Positions 48,402 through 57,211 of a stretch of DNA of 64,000 bases are shown here, in pieces. The stretch spans positions 59,076 through 123,075 of the forward strand of contig JBDRHP010000011.1 in assembly GCA_043816785.1 (NCBI GenBank), given 5' to 3'. The position numbers and the translations under genes are program-made. Below the pieces are notes generated by a model. That model was not told where the DNA came from, ran no database searches, and worked only from the letters and a program-made list of their open reading frames with translations. The DNA comes from Candidatus Margulisiibacteriota bacterium. GTDB taxonomy: Bacteria > Margulisbacteria > WOR-1 > O2-12-FULL-45-9. The first letter of the stretch is position 1. Every line of letters begins with the position of its first letter.

Positions 48402-50918
48402 ATGCCAGCTATTGGGAATATAAGATATACAACTATCCACAAAGCCAGCCAGCTCTACCGCGTGCCGGCCAGCAGGGATTTCTATATCCGCTACCTTATC
48501 CAATCCAAGTTTCACGCCCGCATAGCTACGCTAACTGACAGAGTTGAGTTGTTAATCAGAGATAAAGGCAGTTCTGTTAAATACGATCGTGATCGCTTCT
48601 ATGAGGCAGCTGGGCTTAGTATTTACGCACATCGCAAGCAAATCCGCAAATTTAGCGGAGAACCATATGCTGACCATCCCATAACCCTGGTTGAGCGTGA
48701 GGTGGAAATTCTACACGTAACTGACCAAGAAGAATTAATCGCAGCATTTTTACATGATGTAATTGAGGATACCGAAATCGATAATAAGTTTATCCAAAGA
48801 AGATTCGGCAAAGTTGTTGCTAATCTTGTGGATGGCCTGACCAAAATTGAGCAATTAGAAAAGAACCGCGTGATCAGCCAAGAAAACATTGATAAGTTTG
48901 TTAGGGCCTTGGCCACTGACATTCGGGTGCTTCGCATCAAAATGGTTGATCGAGGGATCAATCTAACGGACGCTGCTCAACAAGGCTCGGAAATGAGAGA
49001 GAGAAACTGCCGTGAAGCGCTTGATTTTTATGTTCCTCTTGGCGCGATGGCTGGCTTTATGAAAGCCGCGCGACACTTGTCAGATGTGGCTTATCGAGGT
49101 CTTTATCCAGAACGTTACCAAGAAATAGAGGAGTTAATTGTTAAAACGGTTACAGCCAACCAGGCTAGGTTAGACGAGCTTAGGGCTGAAATTGAACAAA
49201 GGTATCGAGAAAAACAAAGAGGTCTTATTCCGCGGGAATATTTTGGCGGGAAGGAACTTAGAGCCTTTCTGGCCTCAAAAAGCGTCGGGATATTGACTAA
49301 GCCGCGCACAGTTTATGAAGTCTATCAGATTGCTACTATGCGGGGGACTGAAGTTAGTCATCTCTCCGATATTGTTATGATGCAGGTAACTGTGGATACC
49401 ATTAATGACTGCTATGCAATGGCTGAGGTTATCCATTCTATCGGCACCCCGATGGACCGTTACTGGCACGACTATATTAAGGATCCTAAAATCAATGGTT
49501 ACAAGTCTTTGCACACTGGCATTTTGGTCGGTGACACGCTGATTCGCCTTCAAATTAGAACCAGTGAAATGCAAAAAGTTGCTCAGGAGGGAGTTCTATA
49601 TAACGCTTACACGGCAGCGGGAAAATTTAGACAACCCGAGCTTCCTTGGTTAAATGAAAATTGGCTCAGGATTATCTTGCAAATAACTGACAGACAGGAA
49701 AAAATTCTTTTAACTAAGGCCATGGCGCAGGCCAGGTTGGCAACCGTAAGGGTAGAGGGGAGATCTATGTGTACGACATATGAAAATGTCCTATTGCCCC
49801 GTGGGGTAAGTCCTCTGGAAATCGCCTTTATTGCTGATCCATTGCTGGGAGTTCATTTGGTTGAGGCTTTTCACCAAGATGTGCCAAAGGATATAAAAGA
49901 GCCGATCAGAGAGGGCATTGGTTATATTAAACTGCAAATCGGTGATGAATTTTTGCCTCGTGATTATGCCAAGTTGCTTAGTAACCCTTTGGCGCGTTTG
50001 AGGTTTGTGGATTACTTAGGGCAGATGGGTGAGCAGGCTAGAGAGGCCTTGGTCAGAAATATCTTAGAAAATGAATTAGCAAAAACCTTTTTAGGCCTCG
50101 GTGATCTGGCAGAAACTATGCCGCCAGGTACGATCAATGAGTGGCTGGCCAGAATGATAAAAGGGGAGGTCTCAGCGGAACAACTAGCCAGCGAGATCGG
50201 CCTAACGATCAGCGGCAATGTGTCTGGGCTTTTATCTCTCGAAAGACTGGAGCTTGGCGCACCGGAAAAATTGCCTGGGGAAGTAATTGCTATCCTGCGC
50301 GAGGTTTTCCCCATTGAGCGGTATGGCTTTGAAGGGCCTCGGCTCAAAGTTTCTATTCCCGTACGGAGTGAAGCGCAAGCCATCCAGTTTCGTCGTTTTC
50401 TTGACACCTTAAATTACAGAAAGGGTGTTGAAGTAATATCCCATGGATCTATTAAGCCTCCGATCTTTGATGATCTTACCCTCAATCCGCATTCGTTATA
50501 TTACTCGTATGACCTGGCTCTTCGTGCAGCCCTGGCTTTGCAATCACAAGGAGGCAGTGTTGTTAACATTAATCTTAATCCCCCGGTCATTGGGATGCTT
50601 TCTGCGAGACAGAGAAGAGATCTTGATCAGGTAATAGGAGAGCACATTGCTGAGGATGGTTTATTAATCTTTAGCGGGGAAGGATTTTATGTAGACAATT
50701 TTAGGAGAAAATTAAGGAGAATAGTGGATTCTGCTTTGCTCATCCCGCCTCTGATGGTGGTTTATGAGACAAAAACCTTTGGACATGCTGAAAGCGTTGT
50801 GCAACCATTAAGAGATTTGGTTGATATCCCGAGCCTGGGCCTGACAGAAATGGGGCACAGGGCTGATTTTATATTAAACCGTGTCTTTCAAAGGGTTGGT
50901 GTCCTTGTCCCAGGCTAA
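48402..50918 (+). CDS. Divergent long RelA/SpoT homolog (intact HD hydrolase, degenerate synthetase)
   Basis: H..Q.RKFSGEPYADHP, LHDVIEDT, VDGLTK, DYIKDPKINGYKSLHT, LQIRT. Confidence 0.85.
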   Translation: MPAIGNIRYTTIHKASQLYRVPASRDFYIRYLIQSKFHARIATLTDRVELLIRDKGSSVKYDRDRFYEAAGLSIYAHRKQIRKFSGEPYADHPITLVEREVEILHVTDQEELIAAFLHDVIEDTEIDNKFIQRRFGKVVANLVDGLTKIEQLEKNRVISQENIDKFVRALATDIRVLRIKMVDRGINLTDAAQQGSEMRERNCREALDFYVPLGAMAGFMKAARHLSDVAYRGLYPERYQEIEELIVKTVTANQARLDELRAEIEQRYREKQRGLIPREYFGGKELRAFLASKSVGILTKPRTVYEVYQIATMRGTEVSHLSDIVMMQVTVDTINDCYAMAEVIHSIGTPMDRYWHDYIKDPKINGYKSLHTGILVGDTLIRLQIRTSEMQKVAQEGVLYNAYTAAGKFRQPELPWLNENWLRIILQITDRQEKILLTKAMAQARLATVRVEGRSMCTTYENVLLPRGVSPLEIAFIADPLLGVHLVEAFHQDVPKDIKEPIREGIGYIKLQIGDEFLPRDYAKLLSNPLARLRFVDYLGQMGEQAREALVRNILENELAKTFLGLGDLAETMPPGTINEWLARMIKGEVSAEQLASEIGLTISGNVSGLLSLERLELGAPEKLPGEVIAILREVFPIERYGFEGPRLKVSIPVRSEAQAIQFRRFLDTLNYRKGVEVISHGSIKPPIFDDLTLNPHSLYYSYDLALRAALALQSQGGSVVNINLNPPVIGMLSARQRRDLDQVIGEHIAEDGLLIFSGEGFYVDNFRRKLRRIVDSALLIPPLMVVYETKTFGHAESVVQPLRDLVDIPSLGLTEMGHRADFILNRVFQRVGVLVPG

Positions 50919-50960
50919 TGCCCCTCGAAAAATATCCTCAATAGTGATATTATATTCCTC

Positions 50961-52061
50961 GTGAAGTTCTCAGAAGACGACGTACGCTTTATGCGTGAAG
51001 CCCACTCCCTGGCTCAGTCAGCTGAGGGGAGAACTACCCCAGATCCTATGGTGGGGGCGGTCTTGGTCAGAGGTGGACGAATTACCTCTATGGGGTATCA
51101 TGGTGAAGTAACGACTCCCCATGCCGAAGCCTGGGCCATCCAAAAAGCCGAGGAAAAATCCCAAGGCGCTACTCTGTATATCAACCTTGAACCCTGCTGT
51201 CATTTTGGCAGTAATCCGCCATGCACTGACCGGATCGTTAAGTCCGGGATTAAAAAAGTGATCGTTTCCATGAAGGATCCGAACCCGCTGGTCAATGGCA
51301 AGGGCTTTAATATCTTGAAACGTCACGGGATTAAAGTTCTGGTCGGGTTGCTAGAGGATGAGGCAAAACGGTTGAACGAAGTCTTTGTTAAATATATTAC
51401 CTCTAAACGCCCCTTTGTGGCTTTAAAAACAGCCATGACCATTGATGGTAAGATCGCGACCCGCACCGGAGCCAGCCGCTGGGTGGCGGGTGAGGAGTCG
51501 CTGCGCCGGGCGCACCATTTGCGTAATGTCTACGATGCTATCCTGGTTGGGGTTGGCACGGTCTTGATAGATAACCCAAAATTAAATGTGCGCCGGGTAA
51601 AAAAAGTTAAAGATCCTATTAGAATTGTCCTGGATTCTCATGCCAGAACGCCGCTTAAGGCGGACGTCTTAAAGATCAGAGGTTCTAAAACCATAATTGT
51701 GGTTGGGCCTAAGGCGGCTAAGGCAAGGGTCGAGCAGTTGAAAAAGGCTGGCGCTGAAATTTTGGCTGTTAAGGCGCCCAAGGGCAAGATCGATATGAAG
51801 GAATTAATGAAGCACTTAGCTAAAAGGAAAATCACCAGTGTGTTGGTCGAAGGCGGGGGCGAAGTTGGGGCCTCAGCCATTGAAGCTGGTGTGGTTGATA
51901 AAGTTTATTTCTTTATTGTGCCAAAGATCTTTGGCGGTCGGGAAGCCAAAACCCCGGTTGAAGGTTTAGGCGTAAGATTACCTTCCCAGGCAAAACACTT
52001 GAAAAATATTCATGAAGAACGGGTTGGCGAGGATTTTCTGATCACTGGCTACTTGAAATAA
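50961..52061 (+). CDS. ribD: Riboflavin biosynthesis deaminase/reductase
   Basis: HAE, LEPCCH..PPC, DGKIA, VEGGG. Confidence 0.96.
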   Translation: MKFSEDDVRFMREAHSLAQSAEGRTTPDPMVGAVLVRGGRITSMGYHGEVTTPHAEAWAIQKAEEKSQGATLYINLEPCCHFGSNPPCTDRIVKSGIKKVIVSMKDPNPLVNGKGFNILKRHGIKVLVGLLEDEAKRLNEVFVKYITSKRPFVALKTAMTIDGKIATRTGASRWVAGEESLRRAHHLRNVYDAILVGVGTVLIDNPKLNVRRVKKVKDPIRIVLDSHARTPLKADVLKIRGSKTIIVVGPKAAKARVEQLKKAGAEILAVKAPKGKIDMKELMKHLAKRKITSVLVEGGGEVGASAIEAGVVDKVYFFIVPKIFGGREAKTPVEGLGVRLPSQAKHLKNIHEERVGEDFLITGYLK

Positions 52062-52413
52062 TCTGCTTAATTGCTGTCATTACTTCTTCAATCACAAAAG
52101 GTTTCTTAATGATCGCGTCAGCTTTGTATTCTTTGCCCACATAGCTGGCCACGTCTTCGTTAGTGCCGGTCAGCAGAATAACGGGTAGTTTAGGGCGGTT
52201 AGATTTGATTTTATTCAATACTTCAAAACCGTTAACTTTAGGCATATTAACATCGCACATGACGAGGTTAAATGTAGCGGGGTTGCTTTCGAATAGCCGC
52301 AGGCCTTCTTCGCCGTCTCCAGCTGTTGTTACTTGATAACCTTGGTCTTTGAGCATCTGGCTGGTGATGCTTAACATGCTTTCCTGATCATCAATAACGA
52401 GAACGTGTTTCAT
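52042..52413 (-). CDS. Single-domain response regulator receiver
   Basis: LVIDD, DVNMP (phospho-Asp), LTG, KP. Confidence 0.92.
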   Translation of the reverse strand: MKHVLVIDDQESMLSITSQMLKDQGYQVTTAGDGEEGLRLFESNPATFNLVMCDVNMPKVNGFEVLNKIKSNRPKLPVILLTGTNEDVASYVGKEYKADAIIKKPFVIEEVMTAIKQIISSSQ

Positions 52414-52421
52414 TGAATTCA

Positions 52422-52450
52422 ATTGTATTGCTTGGGGCAGGCTGTGTCAA
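52422..52450 (-). promoter_or_regulatory. Sigma70-type promoter
   Basis: TTGACA-17-TACAAT on the minus strand, 8 nt before ATG 52413. Confidence 0.7.
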
Positions 52451-52487
52451 GGAGATATAGCCTGTTGATTATCAACAGAATAAAGGG

Positions 52488-53876
52488 TCAGAAGCAGATG
52501 TCGCGCTCGCCGTTCTCAATGCGCTTAAGGCGGGCAATGACATCGCTTTTTAGCTGTTCTGAGACTATTTTTTGAAGGTTTTGATTAATGGCTTTCTCCC
52601 CGGCTTGGTTAGTTTCAGGTGTGGCATAGTCTTCTAAATACTCTTTAAGGGTCATGATGGCATTAGGTGTGCAATACTCGTTAATGAAACCAGGCACAGC
52701 TAATTCCATGAAATGTTCACCAGTCCGGCCCAGACGGTAGCAGGCAGTGCAGAATGACGGGGTGTAGCCATTGCTGACCAATTCCTTCATGACCTCATCA
52801 AGGGAGCGAGTGTCGCCCAGCTGGAACTGCTGTTTATCGCATAATTGCTGTTCTCCCAGGTCCTGGGAGTAGCCTTGCATCTCAATGCGTGAGCCGGCAT
52901 CGATCTGGGAGCAGCCCAATTCGATCACTTCCCGCCGCAGTTCCGGTGTTTCCCTGGCGGTCAGGATCATGCCGGTATAGGGCACGGACAATCGAAGGAT
53001 CGCGACCAGGCGTTTAAAATCATCATCACTGACAAAATAGTTCTTTGGCAGATCTGTTCCTTGGGCTGGCTGAAGCCGCGGAAAGGAGATAGTATGTGGC
53101 CCGACATTGAACGTTTCTTCCAGATGTATAGTGTGGGCGAGCAAACCCATGACCTCGAACTTCCAGTTATATAGACCAAACAAAGCGCCAATACCAACGT
53201 CATCTAAGCCAGCTTGCTGAGCGCGGTCCAAGCCATATAATCTCCAGAGGAAATCAGACTTTTTACCACTGAGATGAACCTTCTCGTATGTTTTTCTATG
53301 ATAAGTTTCCTGAAATATCTGGTAGGTGCCAATACCGACATCTTTTAATTTTTTGTATTGAGCTACTTCAAGCGGAGCGGCATTGATGTTGACTCTGCGG
53401 ATCTCACCAGGACCAGACTTTGTGGCGTAGGCCAGTTTGACCGCATCGGCTATGAAGTCGCCGTTATAAGTCGGGTGCTCGCCAAAGACCAGGATCAGAC
53501 GTTTTTGACCTTTCTTTTCCAGAGCAATGATCTCATCTTTTAGTTCCTGGTCGCTCAGGGTTATTCGAGCGGCTTCAGCATTGGAGCAGCGAAAAGCGCA
53601 ATAAGCGCAGTCATTTGTGCAGTTGTTACCGACGTAAAGCGGCGCGAACAAAACGATGCGGTTGCCGTAAACATCCTGTTTGAGCTTTTTGGCGCCGGCA
53701 AATATTTCGGCCAGCAGTTCTTTGTCTTCAACATTAAGCAGTGTGGCTGTTTCTTCCAGGTCTAACCGGTTCTTGGCCAGAGATTTCTTGATGATCTCCC
53801 TGACGCGGGACTTGTCTGGCTGGATGCCTTGCAACAGTTCGTTGATTTTATTTTCGTTGATGAATAACTTAAGCAT
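52488..53876 (-). CDS. hydG: [FeFe]-hydrogenase-type radical SAM maturase HydG
   Basis: CTNDCAYC, GEIRRVNINAAP, FQETYH, GPHTISFPR, C-terminal CTAC-x22-C auxiliary-cluster motif. Confidence 0.92.
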   Translation of the reverse strand: MLKLFINENKINELLQGIQPDKSRVREIIKKSLAKNRLDLEETATLLNVEDKELLAEIFAGAKKLKQDVYGNRIVLFAPLYVGNNCTNDCAYCAFRCSNAEAARITLSDQELKDEIIALEKKGQKRLILVFGEHPTYNGDFIADAVKLAYATKSGPGEIRRVNINAAPLEVAQYKKLKDVGIGTYQIFQETYHRKTYEKVHLSGKKSDFLWRLYGLDRAQQAGLDDVGIGALFGLYNWKFEVMGLLAHTIHLEETFNVGPHTISFPRLQPAQGTDLPKNYFVSDDDFKRLVAILRLSVPYTGMILTARETPELRREVIELGCSQIDAGSRIEMQGYSQDLGEQQLCDKQQFQLGDTRSLDEVMKELVSNGYTPSFCTACYRLGRTGEHFMELAVPGFINEYCTPNAIMTLKEYLEDYATPETNQAGEKAINQNLQKIVSEQLKSDVIARLKRIENGERDICF

Positions 53877-55176
53877 TGGTGACCCCCAGGTCTGTTGGCG
53901 CCCGGCCGAGACCTCTCAATATTCCCAGGGTTTCATCGATCTGTTCCTGCAGGCTCTCCCCTGAATGCGCCCGGTCAGGATAGATTGTGTAGTTCTGGCT
54001 ATATTTTGCTGGAGTAACGTTGAGCATGACCGAATTCGCGCCAGCGACCAGGCCTTCTTCGCGGGCTTTGGGATGCAGGGTCTCAAAACCAGTTGTCACG
54101 ACTATTTTAGCGTTCTTAGCATCAGCAATTCTGGCCACAGCCAGGGTTTTTAGTACATCTCGAACTGGCGGAGGCGGGGCATCTTTCAATGGGGTGTTGG
54201 GGTGGGGCAGGAACGGGCCAAAGGTATACATTTCCGTATTCATTTTTTTGGTCAAGAGGATATCTTTAAGAATATCTTCTTTAGTTTGGCCGGGCAGGCC
54301 GACCAGGCCGCCGGTAATTATCAAATAGCCTAGTTTAAAGGCTTCTTCCAGATGGGCCAGGCGAGTCTTGATCGTTCTGCCTGGGTGGAGTTTCGCGAAT
54401 AATTCTGGATTTGTGGTTTCAAAGCGCATTAATAAACCGCGGGCGCCAGCCCCATAGAGTTTTTTCAATCCAGCCAAACCAACTTCACCAAAGCTGATAA
54501 AGATCAGGACGGCTGAACGATTTTTTATCTCACGAATAATATCAGCCAGGTCATCAACTGAGTAGTGCGGGTCTTCACCGCTTTGCAAGACCAGAGCCTT
54601 AAAACCGTATTTTTCGATCGCTTCGTAAGCCGTGTCGATAATTTCCTGCTTGGTCATGCGGTAGCGTTTAATTCCCTTATTATGAGTTGATATGCCGCAA
54701 TAGGCACAGCCTTGTGAGCAATAATTGGAGAATTCAATAATGCCATGGACGCAGCAGGAATTTCCTAAATGTTTCTGGCGCAGGAAATTAGCGATCTTGA
54801 ATAAATATTCCAGTTCTTTATCGCCTTCCAGGTTCAATAAATGAAGCAGGTCGGCCTCTTTTAGCGGCAGGTCTTCAGCTGCTTTATCAAGAATGACCGC
54901 GAGTTTCTTGTCAATACCTGTTTTATCCAGGTCCATGCGGGAAAGTCTTAGATCAAGTTCATGCAGTTGGAAGAATGTTTCTTTCCAGGTCGCTAAAATG
55001 GAAAGGGCTTCAGCTTCAGGGATCTGTTTAATAACATAGCCGCCCTGGGCGTAGATGTAGTCGCCGACCTTGAGGTCATCAAATTCATTGATCGCCTGCT
55101 TGGCCTCGCCAAAGTACTCGACCGTGGCGATCTTTTTATCTATAGTAACAACTTTGCCGGGGATCGCGTAGCACAT
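53869..55176 (-). CDS. Fusion of HypC/HupF chaperone domain and HydE-like radical SAM domain
   Basis: N-term MCYAIPGKVV..VGDYI (HypC); IIEFSNYCSQGCAYC, LQSGED, GPFLPHPNTPL, GANSVM..NYTIY (HydE). Confidence 0.88.
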   Translation of the reverse strand: MCYAIPGKVVTIDKKIATVEYFGEAKQAINEFDDLKVGDYIYAQGGYVIKQIPEAEALSILATWKETFFQLHELDLRLSRMDLDKTGIDKKLAVILDKAAEDLPLKEADLLHLLNLEGDKELEYLFKIANFLRQKHLGNSCCVHGIIEFSNYCSQGCAYCGISTHNKGIKRYRMTKQEIIDTAYEAIEKYGFKALVLQSGEDPHYSVDDLADIIREIKNRSAVLIFISFGEVGLAGLKKLYGAGARGLLMRFETTNPELFAKLHPGRTIKTRLAHLEEAFKLGYLIITGGLVGLPGQTKEDILKDILLTKKMNTEMYTFGPFLPHPNTPLKDAPPPPVRDVLKTLAVARIADAKNAKIVVTTGFETLHPKAREEGLVAGANSVMLNVTPAKYSQNYTIYPDRAHSGESLQEQIDETLGILRGLGRAPTDLGVTNA

Positions 55177-55178
55177 GA

Positions 55179-55421
55179 TCAATCACAATCGAAAGATAAC
55201 AGCCTTAACTCTCTGGTCTGGCTGGGTTCGATGCTTATTTCAGCTCCTTTGGCGATAGTGCCTTTGGCCTTTTCCTGGAAGAAATGTCGCAGGATATCCT
55301 CATTTATTTCAGTAAAACTTCCCATTCTTAAATAGACTTTCGTGATCTTCTTAGCTTTATTTTCCTCAGCAGCCTTGAGCAGGTCTTTCAATAGATCGGT
55401 TAACAGGTGCATTTCGTGCAT
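55179..55421 (-). CDS. hypA: Minimal HypA-like nickel chaperone lacking the Zn-finger domain
   Basis: MHE Ni motif, KITKVYLRMG, GT.AKGAEI.IE, RELRL; no CxxC pairs. Confidence 0.8.
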   Translation of the reverse strand: MHEMHLLTDLLKDLLKAAEENKAKKITKVYLRMGSFTEINEDILRHFFQEKAKGTIAKGAEISIEPSQTRELRLLSFDCD

Positions 55422-55422
55422 A

Positions 55423-55896
55423 TTATTTCCCCTCCGATATCATTTTAATGATCTCATCTGCAGTTGCTTTGACTTTTTCATTCATTTGCTCGCCCAACTC
55501 AACTTTGGCTGGCTGGATGCCCAGAAAAAGCACGCTAGCTTTAGTATCCTCGGCCAGGAGCTTGGCGATCACCGGCAGAGGGAAGGTGTGCGTGCTTAAG
55601 GTTGTTTGAGGAATATGTTCCTGGTCAATTAACCTAGCTTCCCCGATCTGTCCGCCAAAAACTGCCGCGTCAATGATCACGGCCTTTTTGGGTGACTGTT
55701 TGACAGCCTCATCGATAATGTTCTCTGGTTTATCACCAGCGTCCAACAGGACAAGTCCGGCTTTTAATTCCATGAGCCGGGAAGCAATGTATGGGCCAAC
55801 GCCGTCATCTGAGCGCAATAGATTGCCAACGGTTATGATCAAAGTGGTGCCGTCAGTTGTTGGTGTTAATGCTTGTTTGACTTCAGCGGTTAACAA
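55423..55896 (-). CDS. Hydrogenase maturation endopeptidase (HycI type)
   Basis: GNLLRSDDGVG, PEN, IIDAA, STH, GIQP. Confidence 0.92.
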   Translation of the reverse strand: MLTAEVKQALTPTTDGTTLIITVGNLLRSDDGVGPYIASRLMELKAGLVLLDAGDKPENIIDEAVKQSPKKAVIIDAAVFGGQIGEARLIDQEHIPQTTLSTHTFPLPVIAKLLAEDTKASVLFLGIQPAKVELGEQMNEKVKATADEIIKMISEGK

Positions 55897-57211
55897 ACTT
55901 CACGTCCAGGAAGTGAGCAGAGCATGAGATGCACGGATCGTAAGCCCTGACCAGCATTTCCAGCATCAATGTGATCTTTTCGTCCGACTTATCAAGAATC
56001 TCAGGCACAAGTTTTTTCATGTCCTGCTCAATATTATTGACGTTCTGGTTGGTCGGAATGATGCAGTTGGCTTTTTTGATAATGCCTTTTTCATCAACTT
56101 CATAGTTGTGGAACAGTATGCCCCGGGGAACCTCAACCGCGCCCACGCCGTTGCCGGGCTTGACCGGGATGTTACCTTTTTCGTTGAGACCGACCAGGAT
56201 CTCCTCGTCAAGGTTGACCCCGTTCTTTTTAAAATCTTCCAGGATGCGAATGGCTTCTTCCAGCGAGTGGACGCATTCCACCAGCTGGGCAGCGGTATTA
56301 AGATAAGGATTGATGCATTTCGGCTTAAGGCCGATGGCGGCAGCAATTTCTTTTGCTTTTGGATGAAGTTTATCTGCGTTCAGGTTGAATCTGGCTAAAG
56401 CGCCAACGGCATATGAGTTGCGGCTCAATTTTGCGTGCTTAGCCGAAGAGTGGGGGACTATGAACTCGTTAGTGATCTTTTTGTAGTCTTTTTTGTTCAT
56501 GCGCACGCCATCGGTTGAGCCGACATCACCGATCAACATAGGGTACTCAGCATCATCGCTGACCAGGCCAACGTATTCAGTATCCCGTTCAAAAGCCGGG
56601 AATTTTAAGGTCGCGGCCAACTCAACGGTGGCGGTCATGTCTGCCCTCATGTCATAAAGGATCTTCAGCATGGCATCAAGGTCTTTTTCCCGCGGCAGCT
56701 TGGTGAATCCTCCCACGATCGATGAGATCGGGTGGACGTGCCGACCAACCTGGATGTCGCAGACATCGTTGCAGGCTTTTTTCATTCTAAGGGCACGGCG
56801 GACAACATCATTATGTGAGTTGATCAATGGCACAAAGCTTTTGACCCCAAGCAGGTCGGGAGCCACTAACAGATAGATATGCAGGATATGACTGTCCAGA
56901 TTTTCCATGTGGAGCAAGAATTTTCTCAATTCAGTTGTTTGTTTTGATGGTTTAAAACCGATCGCGTCCTCAGCGGCCTGGATCGAGGCCAGCGTATGAC
57001 CGCAGGAGCAGATCCCGCAGATACGGCAGGTGATGTGTTGGGCCTCAAAGATCGAGCGGCCGCGGATCATGCCTTCAAAAAAGCGCGGCGCTTCAACGAT
57101 CTGCAGTTCGCAGGTCTTTAGTTCCCCGTTCTTGACGTCAACCACGATATTGCCGTGGCCTTCGACCCGGGTCAGATATTCGACATTAACACTAACGTTT
57201 CTTTTGCTCAC
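55883..57211 (-). CDS. Group 3b [NiFe]-hydrogenase large (alpha) subunit
   Basis: RVEGHG, L1 RICGIC, PRG, L2 DPCISCSAH plus cleavable tail. Confidence 0.95.
   Translation of the reverse strand: MSKRNVSVNVEYLTRVEGHGNIVVDVKNGELKTCELQIVEAPRFFEGMIRGRSIFEAQHITCRICGICSCGHTLASIQAAEDAIGFKPSKQTTELRKFLLHMENLDSHILHIYLLVAPDLLGVKSFVPLINSHNDVVRRALRMKKACNDVCDIQVGRHVHPISSIVGGFTKLPREKDLDAMLKILYDMRADMTATVELAATLKFPAFERDTEYVGLVSDDAEYPMLIGDVGSTDGVRMNKKDYKKITNEFIVPHSSAKHAKLSRNSYAVGALARFNLNADKLHPKAKEIAAAIGLKPKCINPYLNTAAQLVECVHSLEEAIRILEDFKKNGVNLDEEILVGLNEKGNIPVKPGNGVGAVEVPRGILFHNYEVDEKGIIKKANCIIPTNQNVNNIEQDMKKLVPEILDKSDEKITLMLEMLVRAYDPCISCSAHFLDVKFVNR

Noticed and set aside
52488..53876. ThiH (thiamine biosynthesis)
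   Set aside because: Has the HydG-specific C-terminal CxxC-x22-C motif and no thi genes are nearby.
53869..55176. Biotin synthase BioB
   Set aside because: Motifs (IIEFSN, GPFxPHPxTPL, YxxY) match HydE; no bio genes; hydrogenase context.
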